64,000 nucleotides of DNA from a virus: positions 6,363-70,362 of IMG/VR virus record IMGVR_UViG_3300032268_000599, one strand, 5' to 3'. The position numbers and the translations under genes are program-made. Positions 19,170-29,593 of this stretch are shown piece after piece (the stretch's first letter is position 1; every line of letters starts with the position of its first letter). Under the pieces are notes generated by a model that saw only the letters and a program-made list of their open reading frames with translations, searched no databases and was not told where the DNA came from.

Positions 19170-21982
19170 TGGCCGGTATTCCTAATCCATTGGTCAACCC
19201 GGCCAATCCTGGGTCATGGAGCAGTGACCCCACCGCCAACGCCCAGGGTGGCGCGGCGGCACAGTATTCAAATTCTTCCGCGACAACAGCGGCCAGCACC
19301 GAGACGGTAACCCTGACAACCTCGGGAACCGTTCGCAACAAATATTACGCAACCTTAACGCTGGCCAATCCGCTGAACGCGGCCATCGAAACGAAGATCA
19401 ACGTCACCGGAATCGAGCCAACCGGGTATCGCGGAACCGATCTGATGATTACCGGTATTTCGGATACCTTCCCGTACAGCGTCACCTACGAGGTGCCCAG
19501 TGCGCTGGGATCGCAGACGGTGGCGGGGACGGTATTAGTGGCCGGAACACGCTTCAATACCGGTGACTACGGCATGGTTAAGACTGGTCGGACCGCACTG
19601 ATGACGGACCGCAATCGGGAAAATGTTGAGAGCTTCTATCAGAACAGCCAGGAAACCGACCTGGACGCGAAGAAGGCTGCCCTTTTCGCTGGTCTGAATC
19701 CAAACCTTCCGTTTCCAATTGCCATCATAGAGGCGGTGGCGAAGGCGCTTCTCCGTGAAGGATACGACCTAGTTGTTGGGGTCATCACCACCGTTGAGCA
19801 GGCAGCGTATTGGATGGGCCAGATAATCAATAAAGTGGTTGACTGGATCGGTGAAGCAATTGATGCCGCTGGAAAGCTCGTAGGGGATATCGCCACGGCG
19901 GTTGTCGATGGTGCCGGTAATCTTGTTGAGGATTTCCTCGACGTACTGCATTGGGTATTTACCGGTGGCCCCTTTGAAGCGTTCCAGAAACTACTCACCG
20001 GCCACAAGACCCTGGACGACGTTAAAGATAAAGCGGTCGAGTTAAAAACTTCGGTTTACCAAACGGAAGTGGAGAGTGGAACCACTACCGACTTCTTCAA
20101 CACGGTAAGGGTTTTGCCTACATGGGTGGGTGGGAAAACTGACGATGTTAACCTTCCGCAGTCATTCATATCTGGGACTTCAACTACGGTAGCGACAAGT
20201 CCATCCATTCTGGGGCTTGATGGCAGACTTGTCCTAATCCCGGTGGTTGCTGGTCAGAACAGAACTTGGTCTGCGGTCAAATTTGGGGTCGCGCAAATGG
20301 CCCTTAATGCGAAGGTTCCGGGCACCCAATACTTTTACGGAACCCCAGATGTACCAGGAAACTACTTAACTTCCGCATCAACCGCAACCCTGCCCGTTGT
20401 TGCGCCAGCTACGGTCGGACTGGTGCAGGCAACCATTGGCCTTCCAAGGCCGAGCTATGTGGACGTAGGGGACACGATTACCGTGTCCGGTTTCCCTACC
20501 TCATGGGCGGGATACAACGGCACTTCTTGGACAGTTTCGGCTAAATCTGATGTAGTTCCTTACAGCGTCAGCTACATCGTTCCCGCACTTTTACCAACAG
20601 CTACACCCACGACACAGACCTATACTGCTACCACCACCGCAACCTCCGGTAACGGTACAACGGCTACAGTGACCTTTAACTCCTCTATTGGTACGTTGTC
20701 TGTGGGGGAATCGGTTCTAATCTCTGGCGTAACCCCGACCGCATATAACGGGCAAAAAACTATTACGGCAAGATCTAATAATCCGCCTTACAGTGTTTCA
20801 TTTTCTTCTACGGCAACCGGAAGCATGACCGTAGCAGGGTCGGTAGGAACCGACCCGGTGTTGACGACCGCGACGTTGCCATCTTATATGCCACCTAGCG
20901 TCACAACTCCTTCTGCCGTCCTTATGGGTGTTTACGATGTTGACGAGACTACCGGTGCCGCGACTAAGGTTATTGACCTTGGAAATGTCAGATCAAAGAT
21001 AAATGTCGGTGCTAACTCGCAGAGAAACTTGCAGGTCATTAGCCTTCCCAGTCCAAAGCCCGTTCAGATGGGCGAAATATACTATATTGGAATTCTTCAA
21101 ATTGGTGACGCAGGATTGACACCGGCTGGGTCAATCGCATTGAGTCACGCATCATCGAGTACCATCCCCTACACCTTTAATACCGGAACATTCCCTAAAA
21201 GAGTCTGCCTCTATTACAATTCTGGAACTCTAGGAGTATTGCCAGCTACATTTACGGACGCGCAGACGAGCGGAAGTTCATCAAACTTCTGGGGCGCTTT
21301 CGGTGACGATGTTCCAAATGTTATTCAACCTCCGGTTGCTTTCGCGGATAGCTTCACTGGGACGAGCGGTGCTGTTATAGACACCCAAAAGTGGTTGACA
21401 AGATACGGAAATGGACTACGCATTGCGTCGGGCCTCGGCGGTGAATTAAGGGCAACCGCCAACTCGACAAACGGTACGAGCATAAACACATATAAGTTCA
21501 AGACGAACTATTTGAAACAGACAGCCCAATGCACAATTGTCACCCAGACTGAGAATCTCGGTCGCCTTGGGGTTGGTGGAAGCATCATTACCCTTCGCGG
21601 TGATGGCAGCGGTAAGTTCATTTACCTTCGCGTTGTGATTGAGGTATACGGACTTTCATGGAGACTTAAGGTTGGGATATATACATCTCTGACTTATTCT
21701 CAGCCCGGAACCCAACTATCCGGTGGAACACTCAGAAAAGAAGTGCTGATAGGAACCGGCCTGAATCCATCTAACGGAAATACCTGGAAGTTTATTGCCG
21801 ATGGATACACCTATGTTGGGTATAGAAACGGTGTCGAGGTAATCAGGTGGGCTGACACCGGGTTTGCCTTTGCCGGTTCCGGTGTTGGAAATGCTAACTT
21901 TAAGGAAGTTGGGATCGGGGCGTTCTACGTCTCGGAATACTCTTGTGTTGATAACTGGACCGCTTTCGACGAATCTGCTTAA
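19169..21982 (+). CDS. minor tail / receptor-binding protein with three internal beta-domain repeats
   Basis: Thr/Gly/Ser-rich; three GxxPxxYxG...PYSVxY/F repeats; lectin-like C-terminal domain (FADSF...VDNWTA). Confidence 0.75.
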   Translation: MAGIPNPLVNPANPGSWSSDPTANAQGGAAAQYSNSSATTAASTETVTLTTSGTVRNKYYATLTLANPLNAAIETKINVTGIEPTGYRGTDLMITGISDTFPYSVTYEVPSALGSQTVAGTVLVAGTRFNTGDYGMVKTGRTALMTDRNRENVESFYQNSQETDLDAKKAALFAGLNPNLPFPIAIIEAVAKALLREGYDLVVGVITTVEQAAYWMGQIINKVVDWIGEAIDAAGKLVGDIATAVVDGAGNLVEDFLDVLHWVFTGGPFEAFQKLLTGHKTLDDVKDKAVELKTSVYQTEVESGTTTDFFNTVRVLPTWVGGKTDDVNLPQSFISGTSTTVATSPSILGLDGRLVLIPVVAGQNRTWSAVKFGVAQMALNAKVPGTQYFYGTPDVPGNYLTSASTATLPVVAPATVGLVQATIGLPRPSYVDVGDTITVSGFPTSWAGYNGTSWTVSAKSDVVPYSVSYIVPALLPTATPTTQTYTATTTATSGNGTTATVTFNSSIGTLSVGESVLISGVTPTAYNGQKTITARSNNPPYSVSFSSTATGSMTVAGSVGTDPVLTTATLPSYMPPSVTTPSAVLMGVYDVDETTGAATKVIDLGNVRSKINVGANSQRNLQVISLPSPKPVQMGEIYYIGILQIGDAGLTPAGSIALSHASSSTIPYTFNTGTFPKRVCLYYNSGTLGVLPATFTDAQTSGSSSNFWGAFGDDVPNVIQPPVAFADSFTGTSGAVIDTQKWLTRYGNGLRIASGLGGELRATANSTNGTSINTYKFKTNYLKQTAQCTIVTQTENLGRLGVGGSIITLRGDGSGKFIYLRVVIEVYGLSWRLKVGIYTSLTYSQPGTQLSGGTLRKEVLIGTGLNPSNGNTWKFIADGYTYVGYRNGVEVIRWADTGFAFAGSGVGNANFKEVGIGAFYVSEYSCVDNWTAFDESA

Positions 21983-21991
21983 GGAAATTAA

Positions 21992-22267
21992 ATGATTGAG
22001 ATTACTCGCCAGTTGAGCGGACTGGCAAAGAAAGTTGAAACGCTCACTGACGTTATCGAGGTAATGCAGTGGGTACTGGATTTGGATGACCTCTACTGCA
22101 CCGCCTCTGCCCGTACCGATGGAACAGTATTCATGGAGGTAGGCGGGGTGGAAGTTCAGTCCATTGAGGTTCAACTTGGGCAATGGGTCATCTTTGATGG
22201 GGTTCGATTCTCCGCTCTCACCCAGGAAGAGTTTGAAGCCCAGGGCTACTCGGAACCTTCCGAATAA
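21992..22267 (+). CDS. hypothetical tail-region protein
   Basis: AAGGA RBS; 91-aa ORF in operon. Confidence 0.6.
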   Translation: MIEITRQLSGLAKKVETLTDVIEVMQWVLDLDDLYCTASARTDGTVFMEVGGVEVQSIEVQLGQWVIFDGVRFSALTQEEFEAQGYSEPSE

Positions 22268-22304
22268 ATTAGACATGCTAAGTGATAGGATTTAGGTGAG
22301 TTAA

Positions 22305-22634
22305 TTGGCTCTAAAGAAATTTATCAAAGACCCAAATGCCAAGCTCGATTACACACTTGATTGGACGGAATGGCTTAGGCCATTTAGTGACACCCTGGCC
22401 TCGGCTACCGCGACGGTTATCCCTACCGGGGGGCTGATGATATCGGGAAGTTCCACCGTCCCCGGAACATTTTCTAGCAGTGCCCAGGTGACGCTCACGG
22501 TGTCTCAATACATTGCAACCCTCTGGGTGAAGGATGGGGCAGCCGGAAGTTCCTACGACGTAACGGTTCGCGTTACTACCTCGGGTGGACGCATAGATGA
22601 TCGGACAATAACCATTACCTGTAAGGAAATGTGA
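22305..22634 (+). CDS. conserved phage tail-associated protein
   Basis: KDPNAKLDYTLDWTEWL...TTSGGRIDDRTI motif common in tail modules. Confidence 0.7.
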   Translation: MALKKFIKDPNAKLDYTLDWTEWLRPFSDTLASATATVIPTGGLMISGSSTVPGTFSSSAQVTLTVSQYIATLWVKDGAAGSSYDVTVRVTTSGGRIDDRTITITCKEM

Positions 22635-22723
22635 TGGATAAAAACAACAACGAGAACGTAGTTCTGACAATGGCCGTCTCCGCTTCTGCGGAGGTTACAA
22701 GGCCGGATAAGGAAGAGGAATAA
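22634..22723 (+). CDS. 29-aa small protein
   Basis: TGATG-coupled start with AAGGA RBS; MDKNNNENVVLTMAVSASAEVTRPDKEEE. Confidence 0.45.
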   Translation: MDKNNNENVVLTMAVSASAEVTRPDKEEE

Positions 22724-22726
22724 GAA

Positions 22727-23134
22727 ATGCCAGCTGGACTTAGTACCGCAAACCTAATTGTAAAAATCCTGAACCACATTAAAGGTTCGGGAGCGACAGC
22801 GTTCACTGCCCCCACGCAGCTGTACGTTCGACTGCACACAGCCACCCCTGGGTCTACCGGGGTGGCTGGGGTTCCGACTGGCGGTGAGGGTGGTCAGACA
22901 GGTCAAGCCATCAACTTCACAACGACCGCGACGAACGTGCTCACCATGTCCAATACGCCTAGCTGGAATATCACGGTTGCGAGTCAGACTGCCAGCCATA
23001 TCAGCATTTGGGATGCAAGCACTGGCGGTAACTTTTTGTGGTCGGCGGATCTCACCGCACCCAAGGCTGTTGTTTCCGGTGACACCCTCACGCTTACCTC
23101 TTGCACGCTGACGCTTAACACGCCTGCGTCGTAA
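22727..23134 (+). CDS. tail fibre-associated protein
   Basis: LYVRLHTATPG...SHISIWDASTGGNFLW...VVSGDTL motif. Confidence 0.75.
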   Translation: MPAGLSTANLIVKILNHIKGSGATAFTAPTQLYVRLHTATPGSTGVAGVPTGGEGGQTGQAINFTTTATNVLTMSNTPSWNITVASQTASHISIWDASTGGNFLWSADLTAPKAVVSGDTLTLTSCTLTLNTPAS

Positions 23135-23160
23135 TAAAAAACTGAACGGATGGGTGGCCT

Positions 23161-24858
23161 ATGCCTTCCCAAATTGATACGTTCAGCACGGCTGGCGCAT
23201 TTACCTACACGATCCCGTCGTGGGCAGCGGTAATTGATATCGTCGTACTGGGCGGCGGCGGCGGTGGCAATGTCGGTGGTGCAGGTCTTCAAAACGGTGG
23301 CGGCGGCGGCAAGGGAAGCTACTCGACTTACACAGCCGTAAGAGGCACTAATGTTCTCCCTTTTGCCACTACCACGATTACCGGCACTGTGGGAGTTGCC
23401 GGAATTGGCGCACCTTCATTCGGAAACTCAACTAACGGTGGTACTTCCACTGCCTCACTACAGGCCGGTGTGAGTGTCACTGGTGCTGGCGGAGTTGGCG
23501 GTTTCGGACACGGCATACAGCAGGCTGGCTATGCGCCCGGTAACACCACCTTTAATGGTCAAACATATGTTGGTGGCACTATCGGCAGTGGCGGCGGCGG
23601 TAATGCTGTTGCTCCCGGTGCTGGCGGTAACGGCGGTACCGGCCCTTTAATCGGATCGACCGCTGGCGGTAACGGTTCCGCTGGCCGGGTTTGGTTCCGT
23701 GCCTACGGTGAAATCGGTCAAGCTGAAACTATAGCTGCTGCTACGACAACAGCCGCCCTTACGAAGGGTGTTAGAACCTCTGCCTCGCAGATCGCTACCG
23801 CAACCACCGCCACCGCTCTAACCAAGGGCGTTAGGGTAGGCGCAAGCACCACAGCGGTAGCGACATTCCTTTTGGAAGAGACTTATAGCGGAAGGATGGG
23901 GGCACCAACCACTGCCGTTGCAACGACTTCCGGAACGGTGAGTCGCGGACAATCTCTGGCCGCTGCGCTCATCGCCAGCGGTAACGCCGGGACGGTAACA
24001 CCCATTCGCGGCGCGGTGGCCGGTGCGCCACTATTTGCAAATACCCTTCCGACCGGGGGGGCACTAAGGACTGCCAATGTTGAGGCCAGCCTGCTGTCCA
24101 CCCATTCCGCTTCCGCGAATCTAACGGAGAATACCGCTGCACAGTCCGCGTTAACGGCTACGGCTGTACCCGGTAGCCGTTTGGCATCAAGCCAGAGAAT
24201 GCAAGCTGCCCTTTCTGCGGCGGCATCCCAGTCGGGTGTTCTTTCCAGGGGGCAGGGGATTTCCCCGGATGCCACGGTAGCTACGGCATCGACTTCTGGG
24301 ACTATCTTGCGCGGCGTGAGGATCGAGGCCAACCTGATGGCTTCCGCGATCACCACTGGCGTGATTGTGAAGGGGAGAACCCTTTCGGGTTCACTGACCG
24401 CTACGGCAACACCTACCGGTGGGGTTGTGGAAAACACAATTGCACAGGCCGCGCTGACGGCTACAGCTACGGGTTCGGCTGGGGTTAGGAGAACTCAACG
24501 AATTGATGCTGCACTTACGGCAACCGCTACTTTCGCATCGAATTTGACGGCGATAAAAACAATTCGTGCAGGACTTGTAGCTACCGCATTTGGAAATGCG
24601 AAAATTGACGAACCTCGGGAGGTTATTTATGTCGAGGCGGAAGATAGAAATACAAAGATTGAGTCAAGTTCAAGAACTGTATATGTAGAGAAGTACACAA
24701 ATACGGTTGCCGTTATTTCCGGTGGAACAAGGAAAGTATTAGTAGCCGAATCTTCACGTTCCTACCAATTGGGAAAAGATGACCGTTCCGTTTCCGTAAA
24801 TGCCGAAGATCGAGATGCCTTGGTCCCGGCGACAAGGCCCGAAAGTTTACTTAAATGA
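23161..24858 (+). CDS. minor tail protein, Gly-rich N-domain plus Ala/Thr repeats
   Basis: YTIPSWA..IDIVVLGGGGGG; about 20-aa LTATAT repeats. Confidence 0.8.
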   Translation: MPSQIDTFSTAGAFTYTIPSWAAVIDIVVLGGGGGGNVGGAGLQNGGGGGKGSYSTYTAVRGTNVLPFATTTITGTVGVAGIGAPSFGNSTNGGTSTASLQAGVSVTGAGGVGGFGHGIQQAGYAPGNTTFNGQTYVGGTIGSGGGGNAVAPGAGGNGGTGPLIGSTAGGNGSAGRVWFRAYGEIGQAETIAAATTTAALTKGVRTSASQIATATTATALTKGVRVGASTTAVATFLLEETYSGRMGAPTTAVATTSGTVSRGQSLAAALIASGNAGTVTPIRGAVAGAPLFANTLPTGGALRTANVEASLLSTHSASANLTENTAAQSALTATAVPGSRLASSQRMQAALSAAASQSGVLSRGQGISPDATVATASTSGTILRGVRIEANLMASAITTGVIVKGRTLSGSLTATATPTGGVVENTIAQAALTATATGSAGVRRTQRIDAALTATATFASNLTAIKTIRAGLVATAFGNAKIDEPREVIYVEAEDRNTKIESSSRTVYVEKYTNTVAVISGGTRKVLVAESSRSYQLGKDDRSVSVNAEDRDALVPATRPESLLK

Positions 24859-25949
24859 TTGATTTATCTAGCGAGCCGTCGCTCGGAACGATGATCCTTA
24901 CGGAGGGCGGGGTTTTGAAATACTCCTATGTCCTACCGCGGGGCATGGAATTTCCGACCGGCTCGGAAGCATACATTGAGTTCAGTGACCGCGCTGGCGG
25001 TGTTTACAATCTGGGCGACTATAAGCATGGATCCATCAGCGACGATTCAACGACCTTCACCTGGGTGATTGGCGAAGTATTGACCAATCAGGTTTCCGCG
25101 GGGGACAACTTTGAGGTTTTCGTCAACATCGACGGCGACACCTACAAGGTTCGGTATGGCCGGGTTGTTCGCAAGCAGGTTTCCTACCCGCTGAACCCGA
25201 TCACCGTCGCATCCCCGCCCCTTATGTATGAGGACGACTTCCAAAGGAATGTTCCCGGCCCCCGGTGGCTTGTCAAGTACGGCGCGGTGTCAATGACTCA
25301 GTTGACATTTACCAGCGGAAACTCCGCTGTGGGGACTAAGTACACCATGGCGGCTAGAAATGCAGTGGACATTTTTGGCAACACCCTATCCCTATTCTCA
25401 AAAGCCTCTGTTCGATGGTATGCGCCCATGCAGTCGGATTCGGTGGACATTTCCGTGAAGCTGGTATCCGGTGCGGCCAACAATGACGGCGAGTGCTTCA
25501 TTGTCTTTGCCAGCAATTCGACCATGACGAGGTGGCTGGCGGTAAGGATCAGCGATCCCAGCACTGGATGGACAAGAACTGCCGACAATATTCAGGTGGT
25601 GATGGGAACCTCCACAAGCGAGCCACCAACCTTCGATGCACTCCTGACCAACTACCTTCCGGCAGTGACTGAGATCGGATCATTTGTAAACTTCGACACC
25701 CCTCACTTCAATCAGGCATCTGCAAGCACTTTCACCTACAGGGTGGTCTACAACGGAACCGGTGTAACACCCTCGGTGGCGGTATACACCCCCGCAAGCA
25801 CAACCACACCAGCACTGACGACAAACCTGGCCAGTAGCGGCTTCTACAGCGGTGCCGGTTACCGGTACTGCGGACTGATGTTCAACGGCTCCCTGGTAAC
25901 CCCAGGGCCAAGGGTTTTCTACTGGAAAGCCAAGGACACGGTTTCATAA
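24855..25949 (+). CDS. minor tail protein
   Basis: VRYGRVVRKQ, MYEDDFQR, GAGYRYCG motifs; ATGA-coupled. Confidence 0.75.
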   Translation: MIDLSSEPSLGTMILTEGGVLKYSYVLPRGMEFPTGSEAYIEFSDRAGGVYNLGDYKHGSISDDSTTFTWVIGEVLTNQVSAGDNFEVFVNIDGDTYKVRYGRVVRKQVSYPLNPITVASPPLMYEDDFQRNVPGPRWLVKYGAVSMTQLTFTSGNSAVGTKYTMAARNAVDIFGNTLSLFSKASVRWYAPMQSDSVDISVKLVSGAANNDGECFIVFASNSTMTRWLAVRISDPSTGWTRTADNIQVVMGTSTSEPPTFDALLTNYLPAVTEIGSFVNFDTPHFNQASASTFTYRVVYNGTGVTPSVAVYTPASTTTPALTTNLASSGFYSGAGYRYCGLMFNGSLVTPGPRVFYWKAKDTVS

Positions 25950-26338
25950 TGAATGGATGGTTTAATCCAGATTCTTGGATGGATGTTTGGTCCCAACTAC
26001 TACTCATTTTGGGGGCACTTTCAATCGCAATTGCCCCTTCCTGGTTTTCTGCCAGGAAAACCCATAGAGATCTGAGGGATGTAAAAGACCAAGTGAAAAA
26101 TGGCCACACCAATACAAATCTTCGTGACGATGTGGACCGGGTTCTAGCGAGGCTGGAAGAGCTTTCTAGGCATGTTACAGAAATGGCCAGGGGGTTCTCC
26201 GGGCTGAAGTCTGAGTTAATTGATGAGGAAATCCGTAGGCGGGAATCGGTCAAGGAATTGCGCGTTGACCTGCGGGATGGAATATCACATATTGAGGGTC
26301 GGCTTAACGATTTGGAAGGGCAGATAAAGCCCAAATGA
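25949..26338 (+). CDS. DUF2746-like membrane protein
   Basis: N-terminal TM helix, then QVKNGHTNTNLRDDVD and coiled coil. Confidence 0.75.
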   Translation: MNGWFNPDSWMDVWSQLLLILGALSIAIAPSWFSARKTHRDLRDVKDQVKNGHTNTNLRDDVDRVLARLEELSRHVTEMARGFSGLKSELIDEEIRRRESVKELRVDLRDGISHIEGRLNDLEGQIKPK

Positions 26339-26571
26339 GTGCTAGACTGAAATTGAGCCGAGAGGCGCTCACGGAAAACATTGCAACAATAAAACGGGCT
26401 TACTATGATTCCGTTTACGGAATTACAAAAGCCGCCCTTGAGCCAGTAGTGGCCGCAACGAGCGATGTGATCCGAGAGTCGGTTTCAGAAGCGGTTAGAG
26501 ATGGCGTTAAAGACGCTTTCTCGTCTACCGATTTTATCGGTGATCTCATATTCGGGAGAAGAAGAAAATAA
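26335..26571 (+). CDS. hypothetical protein
   Basis: ATGA-coupled 78-aa ORF. Confidence 0.55.
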   Translation: MSARLKLSREALTENIATIKRAYYDSVYGITKAALEPVVAATSDVIRESVSEAVRDGVKDAFSSTDFIGDLIFGRRRK

Positions 26572-26645
26572 TAATGTTCTGCTTTCTTCGTGAGCATTTT
26601 CAAAGCAAGTATTTACCGTATCGAATGAATAGGTTGGAAACACAA

Positions 26646-27008
26646 ATGGCTTCTTTTGATCGCGCACTGGCAGCCCTGGCTGCCAAGGTTGACGCAGTAA
26701 TCGCAGTGATCGCTAACGATGCGGTGGCTCTTGAGGCGGCTCGGCAGGCCGTGGCCGTGGCAGAGGCGAAGGCCGCTCAGGTCGTTGCCGATGATGCTGC
26801 TGAGGATGCCGCTGCTGATGCCGCTCGCGCTGACGCGCTGGCCGGTGTCGGGGCGAAGCTCGATGCAGTCCTGAACCCGCCCGTCGTGGAGGTTCCCGTT
26901 GAAGAGGTTCCCGTCGTTGACGAGGTTCCGGTTGTTGACGAGGTTCCCGTCGAGGTAGTTGACGTGCCGGTGGATACCCCTCCGGTTGAGGACGCTCCGC
27001 AGGTCTGA
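26646..27008 (+). CDS. Ala-rich coiled-coil protein with acidic VDEVP repeats
   Basis: ORF directly before lysin A; tandem gaggttcc(c/g)gt repeats at about 26889-26970. Confidence 0.7.
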   Translation: MASFDRALAALAAKVDAVIAVIANDAVALEAARQAVAVAEAKAAQVVADDAAEDAAADAARADALAGVGAKLDAVLNPPVVEVPVEEVPVVDEVPVVDEVPVEVVDVPVDTPPVEDAPQV

Positions 27009-27020
27009 GGCGCATAAGTT

Positions 27021-27770
27021 ATGCCTTCGCCTACACCGTCGAGGCCGGATTTCAACGAGTACTGGGTTTCCTCCCCGTCCGCGCATGGGCGGGGGGGAAC
27101 CAGGGTTGACCTGTTCCTCCTCCACACGCAGGAGGGCAACGGCAACGCCGACTCGCTGGCAAAATACCTTGCCAACCCAGCCAATAAAGTCTCGTACCAC
27201 TACACGGTTTCGCAGGACCCGCGCGATGGCGGTGTCACCGTATGCGACGTAGTTGATACCGATTACTGCTCGTGGTCCGTTCTGTCTGCTAACCCACGTT
27301 CCATCAATCTGTGCTTTGCCGGTTCGTCGGTTCGGTGGACGCGCGAGCAGTGGATGGCGCAGTCCAAGGCCATCGACGTGGCCGCGTTCCTTGCCGTACA
27401 GGACTGCAAGAAGTACGGCATTGCGCTTCGGGTTCTTTCGCCGCCGTATTCCTCACCGCCACCGGGCATTTCGGATCACCGCTATGTGAGCGAGTATCTG
27501 AAGGACGGTAACCATACCGATGTTGGACCTAACTTCCCATGGGATTACTTCCGGCAGTGTGTGTCAAAGTATTCCGGTGGCGAGGCGGCACCCAAGCCCC
27601 AGCCGTTAGCGCCGCCAGCTGGACCTCCCCCCTTCCGATATCCGTCAAGTGACGAAATGATCCGGCAGGTCTGGGAGCAGCTTTTCGGGCCACAGGGCAA
27701 GGGTTGGCCACAGCTGGGTGGAAAGACTCTGGTTGATTCCGTTGCAGAACTCTTACGGCTCAGGAAATGA
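27021..27770 (+). CDS. lysA: lysin A, N-acetylmuramoyl-L-alanine amidase (Amidase_2)
   Basis: LLHTQEG, VSYHY, SINLCFAG, SDH, HTDVGPNFPWD; C-terminal GWPQLGGKTLVD motif. Confidence 0.92.
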   Translation: MPSPTPSRPDFNEYWVSSPSAHGRGGTRVDLFLLHTQEGNGNADSLAKYLANPANKVSYHYTVSQDPRDGGVTVCDVVDTDYCSWSVLSANPRSINLCFAGSSVRWTREQWMAQSKAIDVAAFLAVQDCKKYGIALRVLSPPYSSPPPGISDHRYVSEYLKDGNHTDVGPNFPWDYFRQCVSKYSGGEAAPKPQPLAPPAGPPPFRYPSSDEMIRQVWEQLFGPQGKGWPQLGGKTLVDSVAELLRLRK

Positions 27771-28756
27771 GGATCGGCGGCGCTTACGTCGGACTGGGCC
27801 TGGGGGACTCCTCGGAGGAGATCCGAAAGATCAAGAGCTTCCTTCGTAAGAAATTCAGCTACGCCCGGAACCTGGCCGACACCCCGGACTACGACGATGC
27901 GATGTTCGCCGTCGTGTACCAGATGCAGGCCGCGTACCACAAGCAGGGGAAGCTGCACAATCCCACCGGGATCATCGACGTGGCCACCAAGGTGGTGTGC
28001 GGATACCTCCCTCCCCCCACTCCGGTTGATTCCCGACCGGTGCTGTTCACGGCGTGCGGGACGGGGGTTCCCTGGTGGGTCGGCCCCGACGCTGACGCGG
28101 CCAGGGCGGTCGAGGACCGCTACAAGTGGCAGCCCATTGGCTACCGGGCGGCACCCTTCCCCATGGCCAGGTCGGTGCGCGAGGGGCGCAGTGAACTCAT
28201 TAACCAGTTTGAGATTCACCGCAACAGGGTGCGGCAGCATGGCGCTGCCCTGATGGGCTACTCGCAGGGGGCGATTGTCACTGGCGAGTGCTGGGAGTTC
28301 GATATCAAGCCCGAGAACGGCAGGCTGCACTGGGCCAAGCCGCACATCCGCAAAGCGGTCACGTTCGGCAGCCCCATGCGAGAGGCCGGGAAGGTGTGGG
28401 CGGATCCGGGTGGAGAGCCAGCCCCCATGACTTCTCGCGGCATTGCCGACCAGCTGATGACGGACACGCCCCGGTTTTGGAGGGAGTACGCCCACCGGGG
28501 TGACCTTTACACAGATGTGGAGGGCCAAAGCGGTGAGGACAAGACGGCGATTTACAAAATCATCATGGGCGCAAGGGTTTTCGACGGCCCGGATAACATC
28601 CTGGCTCAATTCCTTGAGCTTGCCCAGGCACCCGCGGTGGAAGCCGTTGCCATGTTCCAGGCGATCATCGACGCGGGAATGTTCTTCCTTCGCGGCACCG
28701 GCCCCCACGTCAACTACAGCGTCAGTCCCGCCATCGAATATTTGCGTTCAGCCTGA
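27767..28756 (+). CDS. lysB: lysin B (cutinase-like serine esterase)
   Basis: GYSQGA nucleophile motif, FGSPMR, GDLY, PH; implies a mycolic-acid-containing host. Confidence 0.92.
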   Translation: MRIGGAYVGLGLGDSSEEIRKIKSFLRKKFSYARNLADTPDYDDAMFAVVYQMQAAYHKQGKLHNPTGIIDVATKVVCGYLPPPTPVDSRPVLFTACGTGVPWWVGPDADAARAVEDRYKWQPIGYRAAPFPMARSVREGRSELINQFEIHRNRVRQHGAALMGYSQGAIVTGECWEFDIKPENGRLHWAKPHIRKAVTFGSPMREAGKVWADPGGEPAPMTSRGIADQLMTDTPRFWREYAHRGDLYTDVEGQSGEDKTAIYKIIMGARVFDGPDNILAQFLELAQAPAVEAVAMFQAIIDAGMFFLRGTGPHVNYSVSPAIEYLRSA

Positions 28757-28772
28757 CGCGAGAGGAAAAGCA

Positions 28773-29036
28773 TTGCTTACTTATACCTTCTGGTCCGAGA
28801 CGCTCCAACGGGCTGTTCGGACCTTCGCGCAGACGATTCTGGCCGGATTCGGGGGGTCGGCCATGAATGTGTGGAGCGCCAACTGGCATCAGGTTATTGG
28901 CCTGGGCCTGGGGGCTTCGGTGCTGTCTATTTTGATGAGCATTGATAGGAGTGGCCATACCCCGTCGCCGGTATCGGTGGCGACACCGGCCTTGAACCCG
29001 CGGTCAGGAATGGCCTGCGGGGATCAGCTTCGCTAA
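28773..29036 (+). CDS. holin (r1t-like)
   Basis: FWSETLQRAVRTFAQT plus two hydrophobic segments; TTG start after GAGG. Confidence 0.85.
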   Translation: MLTYTFWSETLQRAVRTFAQTILAGFGGSAMNVWSANWHQVIGLGLGASVLSILMSIDRSGHTPSPVSVATPALNPRSGMACGDQLR

Positions 29037-29109
29037 GAAGCAAAAACCCATTTGAAACAAGCGGGTGACCCCCGGCGTGGGGCACCCCTTTCCCTGAAAG
29101 GCACTGATT

Positions 29110-29367
29110 GTGTTGATTACTGTTTATAGCCTTCCCGCCGCCAACTGCGTTAAGTGCCGCGCAGTTGAGATTAGTATGCGGAACCGCGGGATCGAATCCA
29201 TCAAGGTGCTTGTCAATGAGGATGCCGATGCCCTTGCCTACATCAAGTCGCTGGGCTATTCAGAGGCCCCGGTGATAGTTGTGACTGAGGGTGATGAAGT
29301 GCTCGATCACTGGTCGGGGTTCAGCGATGAAAAGATTTCCTCCCTGAGGGAGTTGGTGGCTGCATAA
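29110..29367 (+). CDS. nrdH: NrdH-like glutaredoxin
   Basis: ITVYS..CVKC, LGYSEAPV, HWSGF. Confidence 0.88.
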   Translation: MLITVYSLPAANCVKCRAVEISMRNRGIESIKVLVNEDADALAYIKSLGYSEAPVIVVTEGDEVLDHWSGFSDEKISSLRELVAA

Positions 29368-29552
29368 TGGATGATATGGAGTTCACTAAGGGCGAGAGAG
29401 TCACCTATACAGACCCCGATGGGGTTGTCCACGACGGAATTGTGGATAGCTACCGCAGGGGATGGGTGATGGTTGAACTTGACCATCCGCGGGAGACTGA
29501 GCAGGGATGGAGTACCTCAAAGATGATGGTGAGGGCTTCCAATCTTGGGTAG
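29367..29552 (+). CDS. small SH3/KOW-like hypothetical protein
   Basis: FTKGERVTY...GIV pattern; coupled start. Confidence 0.55.
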   Translation: MDDMEFTKGERVTYTDPDGVVHDGIVDSYRRGWVMVELDHPRETEQGWSTSKMMVRASNLG

Positions 29553-29593
29553 CAACGACCAAAACAATCCCAAGGGAGAGGTGGTGAACAAAC

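Noticed and set aside
26880-26990. Short tandem repeats resembling a CRISPR or VNTR
   Set aside because: In-frame coding repeats (VDEVP) with no unique spacers; no cas genes
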